DNA of 64,000 bases from Bacteroidales bacterium (GCA_030656615.1 JAUSOY010000017.1:50153-114152); one strand, 5' to 3'. Numbered from the stretch's first letter, positions 8,783 to 19,929 are shown. Notes: generated by a model not told the origin, from the letters alone. Made by a program: numbers and translations.

Positions 8783-10411
8783 ATGCTTTTTTATCCCAAG
8801 TTTTTCAGTTTACTCCGGAAAGGATTTACACACAAACAAATACGTAATGATGTACTTTCTGGAATTGTTGTAGGTATTGTAGCCTTACCATTGGCCATCG
8901 CCTTTGCGGTAGCTTCAGGTGTTTCTCCGGAAAAAGGACTAATAACAGCAGTGGTTGCCGGATTTTTAATCTCTTTTTTAGGAGGCAGTCGTGTTCAGAT
9001 AGGTGGTCCTACGGGGGCTTTTATTGTAATTGTTTATGCCATTGTAGAGCAATACGGACTGAATGGCCTCATGATTTCCACGATTCTTGCCGGATTCATG
9101 CTTATAGGTTTCGGCTTATTACGTTTGGGTTCGCTTTTACGATTTTTTCCTCATCCACTCATCGTTGGTTTTACGAGTGGAATCGCAGTGGTCATTTTCT
9201 CAACACAAATCAAAGATGCTTTCGGGATGGACATTGCTAAAGTGCCATCAGCTTTCGTAGAAAAATGGAGTCTGTATTTTACGCATTTTGATTCAATAAA
9301 TTTAACGGCTTTTGCTCTCACGCTACTTACCATTGCAATAACCGTTGGCTTTCGGCGAATTACTTCAAAAGTGCCCGGCTCATTTATTGCGATCCTTGTT
9401 GTAACAGCAATTGCTCAAATATTTGACCTTCCGGTAACCAACATTCATTCATTCTTTGGTGAAATATCAGGAAAAATCCAATTAAGTCTTCCTTCGATAG
9501 ACTTGTCAAACATTCAACAATATATCGGTCCTGCAGTAACAATTGCTCTGCTTGGCGGAATTGAGTCTCTATTATCCGCAGTGGTGTCGGATGGTATGAT
9601 TAGCGGAAACCATCGATCAAATACTGAGCTTATTGCTCAGGGAATAGCCAACGTAGTAACGCCATTTTTTGGAGGAATACCAGCAACCGGAGCCATTGCC
9701 CGTACAGTAACCAATGTAAAAACGGGCGGACGAACACCCATAGCAGGAATCGTTCATGCAATAACCTTGCTTTTGATTATGCTGTTTTTTGGAAAATGGG
9801 CTCAAATGATTCCAATGGCTTGCCTTGCCGGAATCCTAATGGTGGTGGCTTACAATATGAGCGAATGGCGCTCATTTAAGGCAATTCTGAAAGGCTCCTT
9901 TTTCGATGTTTCAGTCCTCCTCACAACCTTCTTCCTGACAGTGCTTGTAGATTTATCCGTTGCAATAGAAGTTGGTGTTGTTTTATCGGCTCTTCTCTTC
10001 ATGAAACGTATGGCCGATTTAGGAAAGGATGGTCTTAAAACCATTGATTCAGATATGCTTACTGATTATTCTACGCTCCCTAAATCCATTGCAATTTATG
10101 AAATCAGCGGACCATTTTTCTTTGCTTCGGCAAAGCATTACAGTGAAGTAATAAAAGAAACCGGTGATAAAACCAAAGTGCTGATAATTCGAATGCGGCA
10201 CGTTCCATTTATTGATTCGACCGGAACAAACAACCTTAAAGAAGCGATACGTATACTCAAACACTCAGGAACTCATGTCGTTTTATCCGGGGTTAGTGAG
10301 GCTGTAAATCTTGAAATTGAAAAAGCCGGAATTACAAAACTCATGGGTAATGAAAATATTTTACCGAGTTTTGATGAAGCCGTAGCCAGAGCTAAGAATC
10401 TGACTATTTAA
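8783..10411 (+). CDS. SulP family inorganic anion (sulfate/bicarbonate) transporter with C-terminal STAS domain
   Basis: 542 aa and polytopic. It carries GIVVGIVALPLAIAFAVASG and the SulP signature region, and a STAS-like tail (VLIIRMRHVPFIDSTG). Confidence 0.85.
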   Translation: MLFYPKFFSLLRKGFTHKQIRNDVLSGIVVGIVALPLAIAFAVASGVSPEKGLITAVVAGFLISFLGGSRVQIGGPTGAFIVIVYAIVEQYGLNGLMISTILAGFMLIGFGLLRLGSLLRFFPHPLIVGFTSGIAVVIFSTQIKDAFGMDIAKVPSAFVEKWSLYFTHFDSINLTAFALTLLTIAITVGFRRITSKVPGSFIAILVVTAIAQIFDLPVTNIHSFFGEISGKIQLSLPSIDLSNIQQYIGPAVTIALLGGIESLLSAVVSDGMISGNHRSNTELIAQGIANVVTPFFGGIPATGAIARTVTNVKTGGRTPIAGIVHAITLLLIMLFFGKWAQMIPMACLAGILMVVAYNMSEWRSFKAILKGSFFDVSVLLTTFFLTVLVDLSVAIEVGVVLSALLFMKRMADLGKDGLKTIDSDMLTDYSTLPKSIAIYEISGPFFFASAKHYSEVIKETGDKTKVLIIRMRHVPFIDSTGTNNLKEAIRILKHSGTHVVLSGVSEAVNLEIEKAGITKLMGNENILPSFDEAVARAKNLTI

Positions 10412-10515
10412 ATTAAACGATGATTCATTATACTTTCGTGTCCACTTTGCAAAGCAAAAAGAGCTACTAAATCCGATATTAGGGAAGATAGCAAAACTAT
10501 ACGATTGAAAAGCCG

Positions 10516-11757
10516 TCAATCCTTGACCAATTGCTCCAACAATAAATAAATGGCTGAAAGGGCAGCCCTCCGTATATTGTTATCGCGAAGATGCCCGAAG
10601 TTAAACGTTTTTACAATCAATTTTTCTTTTGCAGAAACAGCTATACAAACCGTTCCAACAGGTTTTTCGGTCGTTCCGCCATCAGGGCCGGCAATACCCG
10701 AAATTCCAATACCAAAATCAGTTTCCATACGGTTTCTGATACCTTCGGCCATTTCGTGAACCGTTTGCTCGCTTACTGCTCCGTATTTTTGAAGGGTTTC
10801 TTCGTTTACGCCAAGAAAGGTTCTCTTAACTTCATTGGAATAGGCCACCACACCCCCTTTATAAATCGATGAACTTCCAGGAATGCTGGTTATCAAATGT
10901 GATAAATATCCACCGGTACAGCTTTCTGCAACGCTAAGTGTTTTATTGCATTCTTTTAGTCGATGAAAAAGAATGTTTTCCAGATTTTCATCATCAAAAC
11001 CAAAAACATATTTTCCGGCGATTTGAATAAAATCAAATTCGGCTTTGCCGAGTAAGGAGTCTACTTCCTCCTGGCTATTTCCAGTGCAACTCAGTCTGAC
11101 TCGAACAACACCAGGCTGAGGAAGATAGGCCACTTTAATTCGTTTATCAATACTCATCTCCCAGGTTTCGACAAGATCCGATAAAAAGGACTCTCCAATA
11201 CCATGGGTTAGTATAGTTTTATGAAGAATTACTGGTAAATCGAAACGTTTTTTTATTTCAGGAATCACATAATTGCTTACCATGGGTTTCATCTCAAAGG
11301 GTACACCAGGCATTGAAATTATAATTGTTCCATCTTTTTCGAACCACATACCGCGTGCTGTACCGTTTTCATTTGGGATTGGAATACAGGCTTCCGGCAA
11401 CATTGCTTGCTGCGAATTAATATGAGTCATCGGTAAAGCCCTTGAAATAAAAAATTCCTCGATTTTTTCTAATGCTGCGTGATTTAACACCAAGGAGGTA
11501 TCAAAAAACTCACATAATACGCTTTTTGTAATATCGTCTTTTGTTGGGCCCAGTCCGCCTGTTATCAATATCAACTCAACTCTTCCAACACGCTCATTCA
11601 GAGTCATCAGGATATGTTCTCTATCATCAGAAATACTGATGATCTGCCTGACGCGTATACCGTTATCGCTCAGTATTTTTCCCAGCCAGGCTGAATTCGT
11701 ATCCACGACCTGACCTATCAGTAATTCGTCACCTATGGTTATAATTTCGGCAATCAT
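10516..11757 (-). CDS. cinA: CinA family protein (MoCF-binding domain plus nicotinamide-nucleotide amidohydrolase PncC domain)
   Basis: The start is set at MIAEIITIGDELLIGQVVDTNSAW (CAT at 11755-11757). The C-terminal PncC-like region is SVAESCTGG...GISGIAGPDGG. Confidence 0.85.
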   Translation of the reverse strand: MIAEIITIGDELLIGQVVDTNSAWLGKILSDNGIRVRQIISISDDREHILMTLNERVGRVELILITGGLGPTKDDITKSVLCEFFDTSLVLNHAALEKIEEFFISRALPMTHINSQQAMLPEACIPIPNENGTARGMWFEKDGTIIISMPGVPFEMKPMVSNYVIPEIKKRFDLPVILHKTILTHGIGESFLSDLVETWEMSIDKRIKVAYLPQPGVVRVRLSCTGNSQEEVDSLLGKAEFDFIQIAGKYVFGFDDENLENILFHRLKECNKTLSVAESCTGGYLSHLITSIPGSSSIYKGGVVAYSNEVKRTFLGVNEETLQKYGAVSEQTVHEMAEGIRNRMETDFGIGISGIAGPDGGTTEKPVGTVCIAVSAKEKLIVKTFNFGHLRDNNIRRAALSAIYLLLEQLVKD

Positions 11758-11841
11758 TTTCAAAAAATTTGAAACAAATGTACGGTATATGGTGCAAAAC
11801 AACCACTTTAGACCAATCTTCGCCAAAAGCGTTTTAAATCG

Positions 11842-11849
11842 TACTTTTG
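11842..11849 (+). promoter_or_regulatory. -7 promoter box (TACTTTTG) upstream of gldF
   Basis: Perfect TAnnTTTG match, 24 nt before the ATG. Confidence 0.45.
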
Positions 11850-11872
11850 TTGCAAAACAAGCTTAAAAATTC

Positions 11873-12604
11873 ATGTATACACTCATCAAAGGAGAAATAG
11901 GTACCTTTTTCAATTCGCTCATCGGATACATTGTTATAATTGTATTCCTTCTGATTAATGGTTTATTTATGTGGGTATTACCCCTCGATTTTAATGTGCT
12001 GGAATTTGGTTATGCCAATATAGACCCACTGTTTATGATGGCACCCTTTGTATTTCTTTTCCTTATTCCTGCAATTACCATGCGTTCTTTTGCCGATGAA
12101 AGGCGCAGTGGAACCATCGAATTACTTCTAACAAGGCCCCTGACAGATTTACAAATCATTTTAGCAAAATATATTGCCGGACTTGTTCTGGTAATAATTT
12201 CACTATTACCAACGCTCATTTATTTCCTTACGGTCTATCAATTGGGATTACCTAAAGGAAACATGGATATTGGAGGGACCTGGGGTTCGTTCATTGGTTT
12301 GCTTTTTCTGGGTGCTTCTTTTGTAGCCGTGGGGCTTTTTGTATCATCCCTAACAGATAATCAAATCATCGCCTTCATTCTCGGTGCCTTTTTATGTGCC
12401 ATTTTTTATATCGGTTTTGAATTAATTTACAGCTTATCGCTCTTTGGAAGCATCGATTTATTTATTAAAAATTTAGGCATCAATGCTCATTATTCGAGCA
12501 TGAGCCGAGGAGTTATCGATACCCGCGACATGCTCTTTTTTCTCAGCTTTATTAGTATTTTTATACTGCTAACGAAGATTTCACTCGAAAGCAGGAAATG
12601 GTAA
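11873..12604 (+). CDS. gldF: gliding-motility-associated ABC-2 transporter permease GldF
   Basis: 243 aa with 6 TM helices. The pattern FFNSLIGYIV...LFLIPAITMRSFADE...GINAHYSSMSRGVIDTRD resembles Flavobacterium GldF as I remember it. Confidence 0.65.
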   Translation: MYTLIKGEIGTFFNSLIGYIVIIVFLLINGLFMWVLPLDFNVLEFGYANIDPLFMMAPFVFLFLIPAITMRSFADERRSGTIELLLTRPLTDLQIILAKYIAGLVLVIISLLPTLIYFLTVYQLGLPKGNMDIGGTWGSFIGLLFLGASFVAVGLFVSSLTDNQIIAFILGAFLCAIFYIGFELIYSLSLFGSIDLFIKNLGINAHYSSMSRGVIDTRDMLFFLSFISIFILLTKISLESRKW

Positions 12605-13104
12605 ATAACAACTCAATGAGTGATAATTACATACGCCCAACCTGGGACGAATATTTTATGGAGGTAGCCAATACCATTGCCAAGCGTGCCACCTGCGACA
12701 GGGGACGAAGTGGTTGTGTTATTGCACGAAATCGTCAGATTCTGGTGACCGGCTATGTTGGTTCACCCGTCGGTCTTCCTCATTGCGACGAGGTAGGGCA
12801 TTTATTTAAACAGATGGTTCATGAAGATGGCAATATTACCAACCATTGTACACGAACGGTACATGCTGAGCAAAATGCCATTTGTCAGGCTGCCCGGCTT
12901 GGAATCCCGCTGGAGGGAGCTACTTTATATTGTCGCATGACTCCATGTCGAACATGTGCCATGCTTATAATTAACTGCGGAATCGAGCGGGTTGTGTGCG
13001 AAAAAAAATATCATACCGCATCTGAATCAGAAGCGATGTTTAAAGAAGCCGGTATTCAACTCCATTATGTTAGTGAAGAAATTCTGAAATACGACAAACA
13101 ATAA
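12598..13104 (+). CDS. deoxycytidylate (dCMP) deaminase / ComEB family
   Basis: 168 aa with the zinc-deaminase motifs HAEQNAI and PCRTCAMLI. The ATG overlaps the gldF stop (ATGGTAA). An alternative start is at 12616. Confidence 0.8.
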   Translation: MVNNNSMSDNYIRPTWDEYFMEVANTIAKRATCDRGRSGCVIARNRQILVTGYVGSPVGLPHCDEVGHLFKQMVHEDGNITNHCTRTVHAEQNAICQAARLGIPLEGATLYCRMTPCRTCAMLIINCGIERVVCEKKYHTASESEAMFKEAGIQLHYVSEEILKYDKQ

Positions 13105-13134
13105 AACGCTTCGAGTCTTAAAATAATCTGAAAT

Positions 13135-14373
13135 ATGAATACTAAGGGATCAATCGTAATATTATGTGGTGGTGGCCCTGCCCCGGGCATTAATACAGTG
13201 ATAGGAACGGTTGCAAAAGTCTTTTTAAAAGATGGCTACCGCGTTTTAGGGCTACATCAGGGATATAAAACATTGTTTACATCTTCTCCCATTTTTCAGG
13301 AAATTGATTTTAGGTTAGCAGATGATATATATAAAACCGGGGGTTCGGCTTTACAAATGAGCCGTCACAAACCAATGGATGAAGACTTTAAACCGGACTT
13401 TTTCATTCGTGAGAACATTAAACTACTCGTAACGATTGGGGGTGATGACACCGCTTCCACTGCCGGAAGAATTGCCCTTTACCTCGAAAAACACAATATT
13501 CGGATACAGAATATTCACGTTCCAAAAACCATTGATAACGATTTGCCTCTGCCCGAAGGGCAGCCCACCTTTGGGTATCACTCAGCCAAAGAAGAAGGCG
13601 TAAAACTGGCAACCACGGTCTATGAAGATGCCCGCACCAGTGGAAATTGGTTCATTGTTTCAGCCATGGGGCGCGAGGCAGGTCATCTGGCCTTTGGCAT
13701 TGGTGCTGCCTGCCATTACCCAATGATTGTTATTCCAGAGATGTTTAATAGAACAGAAATCACGATGGATAAAATTATCCGTTTGGTTATTTCTTCCATG
13801 TTAAAACGCAAGGTTTTAAACATTGATTATGGCGCAGTTATCATCAGCGAGGGCGTTTTTCATTTTCTATCGGATGAAGAAATTCTCAAAACCGGTATCA
13901 CCTTTACTTTTGATGATCACGGTCATCCGGAACTTGGCAATGTTAGTAAAGCGCACATTTTTAACATGTTGGTTCAGCAAAGATTGAGAGAGCTTAAAAT
14001 ACCCATCAAAAGTCGTCCGGTAGAGTTGGGCTATGAGCTTCGTTGCGTACGTCCAATTGGTTTCGATCTGATGTACTGCAATTTGTTGGGACTTGGTGTT
14101 AAGGTGCTTTTTGATCAAGGACATACTGCATGCATGGTAACTTCCGATCCAGTAGGTGATATATTCCCCTTATTTCTGAAAGATGTTGCAGATGAAAAAG
14201 GTAAGGTAAAACCACGACTGGTAAATATATACTCGCAAAAAGCCCGCATGGTTTACGAGGGAAATATTCAATGCATCCAAAAACAGGATTATGAAGCGGC
14301 ATCAGTCTTTGTATCCAATCCTGTCGAATATGATTTTTATGAAATTCTCAACTGGGAAAAGCCTGCTTATTAA
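13135..14373 (+). CDS. pfp: diphosphate (PPi)-dependent 6-phosphofructokinase
   Basis: 412 aa with GGGPAPGIN, IGGDDTAS (GGDD rather than GGDG indicates the PPi-dependent type) and PKTIDNDL. Confidence 0.75.
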   Translation: MNTKGSIVILCGGGPAPGINTVIGTVAKVFLKDGYRVLGLHQGYKTLFTSSPIFQEIDFRLADDIYKTGGSALQMSRHKPMDEDFKPDFFIRENIKLLVTIGGDDTASTAGRIALYLEKHNIRIQNIHVPKTIDNDLPLPEGQPTFGYHSAKEEGVKLATTVYEDARTSGNWFIVSAMGREAGHLAFGIGAACHYPMIVIPEMFNRTEITMDKIIRLVISSMLKRKVLNIDYGAVIISEGVFHFLSDEEILKTGITFTFDDHGHPELGNVSKAHIFNMLVQQRLRELKIPIKSRPVELGYELRCVRPIGFDLMYCNLLGLGVKVLFDQGHTACMVTSDPVGDIFPLFLKDVADEKGKVKPRLVNIYSQKARMVYEGNIQCIQKQDYEAASVFVSNPVEYDFYEILNWEKPAY

Positions 14374-14418
14374 AACATACGGTTATCCAATAAGGATAAC
14401 TGATTTAAGATTTTTGTT

Positions 14419-16836
14419 ATGTGGAAAATACTAATCCGGATAATACTTCGATACCGGCTTATTAATCTTATCGTTATCGGGGCCATAACGATTTTTATGG
14501 GCTATCAGGCCACGAGGGTCAAGATGTCTTACGAAATGGCTCGTATGTTGCCCACAAACGACTCTGTTAGTATTGAATACGATAATTTTAAAACGCATTT
14601 CGGTCAGGATGGTGCCGTAATGTTTGTTGGTTTCGAAGGAAATGATATTTATCAATTGTCCCGTTTTCAGGCTTATTATGATTTATGCGATAAAATCAGG
14701 CATACCCATGGTGTGGAGGAGGTTATTTCAATCACACGATTATTCCAGCTTGAAAAAGACACCAATGCTCACAAATTTGTATTTCGTCCGGTTGTTGCAG
14801 TAAAACCTACAAGACAAGCAGAAGCCGACAGCATCCGGCATTGTATTTCAAAACTGCCCTTTTATGAAGGTCTGCTTTTTAATTCCAGTACAGGGGTTCA
14901 TTTACTCGGCATTACGCTTAGTAAGGAAATGCTTAATAGTAAGGCACGTGTAGAGCTGATTTATAACCTTAAAGCGGAAATTGATACTTTTTCAAAAGAG
15001 CAGGGTCTTACTCCTCATTTTTCGGGACTCCCCTATATACGAACAATTACAACGAAAAAAATTCAGGACGAATTATTGATTTTTACCCTGGCGGCTTTAT
15101 TGGTTGCCGGAATTCTTCTTTTTGTTTTCTTTCGATCAAAAAAAGCTGTAATTTTCCCTCTTATCATTGTTATTATCAGTGTGATATGGGCACTTGGCAG
15201 TATTGCCCTTCTGGGTTTCAAAATCACAATACTAACAGGAATTTTGCCTCCGCTATTGATTATTATTGGCGTAGAAAACTGCGTATTCTTACTGAATAAA
15301 TTTCATACCGAATACCGCGAACATGGCAATAAAGTAAAAGCACTCGCACGTGTTATCGAACGAATAGGAAAAGCCAATGTACTTACTAATGCAACCACTG
15401 CTGCGGGATTTGCTGCATTTATGGTTACCGGAAACGGTATGCTAACCGAATTCGGACTTGTTGCCTCGGTAAATATTCTCATCATTTTTTTACTGTCTCT
15501 TTTCCTGATTCCAATAGTATATAGTTATTTACCAGGGCCCAATCCGCGTCATCTGGCGCATCTTGAGTCAGGTTTTACAGGCAGAATAATTTTAAGAATT
15601 CTGCCACTTATTCAAAGTCATCGAAAATGGGTATATATCAGTGTTGGTATTCTGGTCATTACTGCGATATTCGGTATAGGCAGACTCACCGCCACCGGAA
15701 AAATAGTGGATGATATCCCTCAAAAAGATCCTTTATATAAAGATTTGATTTTCCTTGAAAAGCATTTTAAGGGTGTAATGCCACTAGAAATTGCAATAGA
15801 TACAAGAAAACCACGGGGAATTCTGAAAATGTCGACTCTTAACCGTATCGATAAACTTCAGGACGTATTGAAAGAATATCCTGAATTATCAAGGCCATTA
15901 TCGGTGGTGGAAGTTGTAAAGTTCTCGAAACAGGCTTTCTATTTCGGAAATCCGGAGATGTATAGCCTGCCGAGCAATCAGGAGAAAAATTTTATTATGG
16001 GTTATATGCCTCGCGAAAAAGGAAGTAAACGAACCATATTAAACTCCTTTATCGATACATCCTTCCGTCAGACCCGTATCTCGGTTCAAATGGCCAACAT
16101 TGGCACCTATGATATTCAACGAATACAACAACACCTCCGGCCACGAATCGATTCCATTTTTCCTCCAGCTGATTTCAAAGTTCAACTTACCGGAACCGCT
16201 GTCGTATTTTTAAAAGGTACGCAATATCTAGTTAAAAACCTCCTGCAAAGCCTCTTATTGGCCATGTTCGTGATAACATTGCTAATGGCTATGCTGTTCA
16301 GCTCCTGGAGAATGATACTTATTTCGCTGATTCCTAATTTATTACCACAGATTCTAACGGCTGCCCTTATGGGATTTCTTGGTATTCCCATTAAACCTTC
16401 AACGATACTCATTTTTAGTATCGCCCTTGGAATCTCAGTAGATAATACGATTCATTTTCTATCGCGTTACAGGATGTTTATTCGCCATCACCAATGGGAC
16501 ATCCGTACATGTGTACAAATGGCTTTAAGCGAAACAGGATACAGTATGATATATTCTTCATCCATTCTGTTTTTTGGCTTTTCCATCTTTGTTTTTTCTT
16601 CATTCGGAGGCACTGAAGCCATGGGATACCTGATTTCTTTTACTTTACTGATGGCATTGCTTTCCAACCTGCTTTTATTGCCTTCATTACTGATGTGGCT
16701 TGATAAAACGGTAACTACCAAGGCATTTGAAGAACCCTTGCTTGACGTATTCGACGAAGAAGATGAGATCAATCTGAATGCTCTGGAAATCGTGAAAACT
16801 GACAAAATTGATAACTCAACCCCAAAAAATCAATAA
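14419..16836 (+). CDS. MMPL/RND-superfamily transporter (sterol-sensing-domain type, HpnN-like)
   Basis: 805 aa with two repeats, each an extracytoplasmic loop followed by a 5-6 TM bundle. The motifs GVENCVFLLNKF and GISVDNTIHFLSRY are present. Confidence 0.75.
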   Translation: MWKILIRIILRYRLINLIVIGAITIFMGYQATRVKMSYEMARMLPTNDSVSIEYDNFKTHFGQDGAVMFVGFEGNDIYQLSRFQAYYDLCDKIRHTHGVEEVISITRLFQLEKDTNAHKFVFRPVVAVKPTRQAEADSIRHCISKLPFYEGLLFNSSTGVHLLGITLSKEMLNSKARVELIYNLKAEIDTFSKEQGLTPHFSGLPYIRTITTKKIQDELLIFTLAALLVAGILLFVFFRSKKAVIFPLIIVIISVIWALGSIALLGFKITILTGILPPLLIIIGVENCVFLLNKFHTEYREHGNKVKALARVIERIGKANVLTNATTAAGFAAFMVTGNGMLTEFGLVASVNILIIFLLSLFLIPIVYSYLPGPNPRHLAHLESGFTGRIILRILPLIQSHRKWVYISVGILVITAIFGIGRLTATGKIVDDIPQKDPLYKDLIFLEKHFKGVMPLEIAIDTRKPRGILKMSTLNRIDKLQDVLKEYPELSRPLSVVEVVKFSKQAFYFGNPEMYSLPSNQEKNFIMGYMPREKGSKRTILNSFIDTSFRQTRISVQMANIGTYDIQRIQQHLRPRIDSIFPPADFKVQLTGTAVVFLKGTQYLVKNLLQSLLLAMFVITLLMAMLFSSWRMILISLIPNLLPQILTAALMGFLGIPIKPSTILIFSIALGISVDNTIHFLSRYRMFIRHHQWDIRTCVQMALSETGYSMIYSSSILFFGFSIFVFSSFGGTEAMGYLISFTLLMALLSNLLLLPSLLMWLDKTVTTKAFEEPLLDVFDEEDEINLNALEIVKTDKIDNSTPKNQ

Positions 16837-16889
16837 TTCATTGTGTTTTATCGGATAATAACTTAGGTTTGAATTAAAAATAGCAACCC

Positions 16890-17759
16890 ATGAAAGGAAT
16901 AATATTAGCCGGAGGCTCCGGAACACGTCTTCATCCTCTTACATTGGCAGTAAGTAAGCAGTTAATGCCGATTTACGATAAACCCATGATTTATTACCCT
17001 TTATCGGTTCTGATGATGGCTGGTATTCGTGAAATTTTAATCATCTCTACTCCTCACGATCTCCCTCATTTTAAAAGACTTCTGGGTGATGGTGCCGATT
17101 TGGGATGTGATTTTCAATATGCCGAACAGGCCATTCCCAATGGGTTAGCACAGGCATTCGTTATTGGTGAAGAATTTATTGGTAAAGAAAAAGTTGCCCT
17201 GATTCTTGGTGATAATATTTTTTATGGCAGTGGCCTTCAGGATTTACTGATCAAATGCAGCGATCCGGTTGGGGGAACAGTATTCGCTTACCACGTCTCT
17301 GATCCTGAAAGATATGGAGTTGTTGAATTTGATAAAGAAGGGAAAGCCCTCAGTATTGAAGAAAAACCGAGTCAACCGAAATCCAATTTCGCTGTTCCGG
17401 GTTTGTATTTTTATGATAATTCGGTCGTAGAAGTTGCAAAAAACATACAACCCAGCCCGAGGGGCGAATACGAAATTACTGACGTCAACCGCTGGTATCT
17501 CAGCAAAGGCCTTTTAAGTGTCGGGATTCTAAGTCGTGGTACAGCATGGCTAGATACCGGAACTTTTGAATCATTAATACAAGCAGGCTTATATGTAGAA
17601 ACCATTCAAAACCGTCAAGGATTACAAATCGGATGTATCGAAGAAGTGGCATACCGTCGTGGATTTATCAATCGCGATCAATTGATGAAAATTGCACAGC
17701 CCTTGCTAAAAAGTGGTTACGGAGCCTATTTACAGCGACTTGCAATGGGTCTTGACTAA
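16890..17759 (+). CDS. rfbA: glucose-1-phosphate thymidylyltransferase
   Basis: 289 aa. [18 protein letters not shown]...[18 protein letters not shown] is near-canonical for RfbA/RmlA. Confidence 0.9.
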   Translation: MKGIILAGGSGTRLHPLTLAVSKQLMPIYDKPMIYYPLSVLMMAGIREILIISTPHDLPHFKRLLGDGADLGCDFQYAEQAIPNGLAQAFVIGEEFIGKEKVALILGDNIFYGSGLQDLLIKCSDPVGGTVFAYHVSDPERYGVVEFDKEGKALSIEEKPSQPKSNFAVPGLYFYDNSVVEVAKNIQPSPRGEYEITDVNRWYLSKGLLSVGILSRGTAWLDTGTFESLIQAGLYVETIQNRQGLQIGCIEEVAYRRGFINRDQLMKIAQPLLKSGYGAYLQRLAMGLD

Positions 17760-17916
17760 CGAAATTTTAATGCACTCTTATCGATTACCAATCAACTAAG
17801 AAATCGGCTAAGAGAATACTATCAGTGTTGCCATCTTAGAATCGTACCGCTGATAAGTAAAATTTCGAGCAACACATTTAAATAAACGCCTGCTAAAGCG
17901 AAAACTAATTTGACAT

Positions 17917-18894
17917 ATGCATACTATAGAATATATTCAAAATCTTATTGAGGAAAGTATATCAAATCAGAAATTTGATGGTTATCCCCCACGGCTTTAT
18001 GAACCAATACATTACACTATGTCGCAGGGAGGAAAACGACTTCGGCCTTCGTTGATGCTCCTGGCTTGCGAAGTATTTGCCGGAGACATCCATAAGGCGC
18101 TTTACCCATCTATTGGAATGGAAGTTTTTCACAACTTCACCTTGGTTCATGATGATATTATGGATCAGGCTCCATTGCGAAGAAACAGGGAAACAGTTTA
18201 TAAAAAATGGGATACCAATCTGGCGATTTTATCCGGTGATACCATGTTTGCCATGGCATATGATTTTCTTTTAAAAACTGATGCCGAACTTCTTCCTCTT
18301 ATTTTACCTGTATTTAACCGTACAGCCATAGAAGTTTGCGAAGGTCAACAACTCGACATGGAATTTGAAAATCAAAAAGACACCGGTATTTCTGATTATA
18401 TGGAGATGATTCGCCTAAAAACTGGAGTGCTTTTGGCTGCTAGTCTGAAAACAGGTGCACTAATAGGTGGAGCGTCAGCAGCAGAAGCAGATGGTTTATA
18501 TAATTATGGTATTAAAATCGGCCTGGCTTTCCAGCTTATGGATGATTTACTGGATGTTTTTGCCGACGAAAGCCGTTTCGGAAAAGTGAGTGGTAACGAC
18601 ATCATTACGAATAAAAAAACCTTCCTCTACCTCACGGCATACAAAATGGCCAATGATGAACAAAAAAAAGCCCTCGACACGCATTTCTCTCCCATTAATT
18701 CTCAGGATAGCAACCAAAAAATTGAGGCTGTAAAATCACTATATCTGCAAATAGGCGTCAGGGAACAAACTATTTCAGCAATGGATGCTCTTTATCAGGA
18801 AGCCAAGGAAATTTTGGCTGCGCTGAATCTAAGCAACGAGTCGAAATCTGAGCTAATCCGTTTTTCTGAAATACTTATGGTCAGAAAATACTGA
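17917..18894 (+). CDS. polyprenyl diphosphate synthase (trans-isoprenyl diphosphate synthase family)
   Basis: 325 aa with two Asp-rich motifs, LVHDDIMD and QLMDDLLD. The product chain length cannot be determined from sequence alone. Confidence 0.8.
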   Translation: MHTIEYIQNLIEESISNQKFDGYPPRLYEPIHYTMSQGGKRLRPSLMLLACEVFAGDIHKALYPSIGMEVFHNFTLVHDDIMDQAPLRRNRETVYKKWDTNLAILSGDTMFAMAYDFLLKTDAELLPLILPVFNRTAIEVCEGQQLDMEFENQKDTGISDYMEMIRLKTGVLLAASLKTGALIGGASAAEADGLYNYGIKIGLAFQLMDDLLDVFADESRFGKVSGNDIITNKKTFLYLTAYKMANDEQKKALDTHFSPINSQDSNQKIEAVKSLYLQIGVREQTISAMDALYQEAKEILAALNLSNESKSELIRFSEILMVRKY

Positions 18895-19011
18895 CCCACT
18901 TAAAGAATAAAAATCTATTCTTAAAAAAATACCAATATTCATTTCTGACTTATTCAGCGTTATTCAAGGCTTTGATTTAAAATGCTTTATTTGAAGCTTT
19001 TATAATAAATA

Positions 19012-19767
19012 TTACTTTCTAAGCACATCCCTTGCCGAAGCTTGGATCGTCGGCAATATCAACACATCTGCAATATTCACATGGGCTGGGGCAGAAAGCA
19101 TAAATAGTATCGTGTCTGCAATGTCCGGAGCATATAATGGGATAAGTCCATTGTAAACTGAATTGGCTTTCTCCGTATTGCCTTTGAAGCGGACCTCCGA
19201 AAATTCCGTTTCTGCCAGGCCAGGAGATATTAAACCAACCCGAATCCCATGAGGTAGCATTTCGATGCGCAGCGAATTAGTAATGGCCTGTACTGCATGT
19301 TTAGTAGCGCAATATACACTACCACCTGGATATGCCTCACGTCCGGCGATTGATCCAACATTGATAATATGGCCCGACTTTCTTTGTACCATCAACGGAA
19401 CAATTTTACGGCTAACATATAAAAGGCCTTTTACGTTGGTGTCTATCATTCGATCCCAATCATCGGTTACCGCTTCATGAAGATGTTCTGTACCCACGGC
19501 CAGACCAGCATTATTAATAAAAACATCAATGGTTTTCCAGGCTTCGGGTAAGGAATCCACCGCGGCATCTGTTTCTTCGCGACTTCTAACATCAAATGCC
19601 AAGGTATACACTTCAGTCCCTTGCGCACGCATCTTTTCGGCTAAAGCGTCCAGTCTTTCCTTGCGGCGGCCAGTAATTATAAGCCTATAGCCTTTTGATG
19701 CCAACAGCAGTGCTGTAGCTTCACCAAATCCGGCTGTAGCTCCAGTAATTAAAGCAGTTTTCAACAT
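19012..19767 (-). CDS. SDR family NAD(P)-dependent oxidoreductase (YdfG-like)
   Basis: 251 aa with TGATAGFG, NNAG and the catalytic YCATK motif. Confidence 0.8.
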   Translation of the reverse strand: MLKTALITGATAGFGEATALLLASKGYRLIITGRRKERLDALAEKMRAQGTEVYTLAFDVRSREETDAAVDSLPEAWKTIDVFINNAGLAVGTEHLHEAVTDDWDRMIDTNVKGLLYVSRKIVPLMVQRKSGHIINVGSIAGREAYPGGSVYCATKHAVQAITNSLRIEMLPHGIRVGLISPGLAETEFSEVRFKGNTEKANSVYNGLIPLYAPDIADTILFMLSAPAHVNIADVLILPTIQASARDVLRK

Positions 19768-19878
19768 AATTTTTTTTGTAAAAATAACTGATATTCCCTA
19801 TCAGACATATAAAGAAACAATTTAATTGGCTATTGCCCACGATTTTTTTTGATGTTTGTTTACGTTTTGCCGAGAACC

Positions 19879-19910
19879 AAAAACGTCAGGTGATTAGTCC
19901 TGACGTTTTT
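19879..19910 (-). terminator. rho-independent (bidirectional-looking) terminator after the M16 peptidase gene
   Basis: The stem CGTCAGG/CCTGACG has an 8-nt loop and is flanked by A5 and T5 runs. Confidence 0.7.
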
Positions 19911-19929
19911 GTTAAATAATGATAATCCA

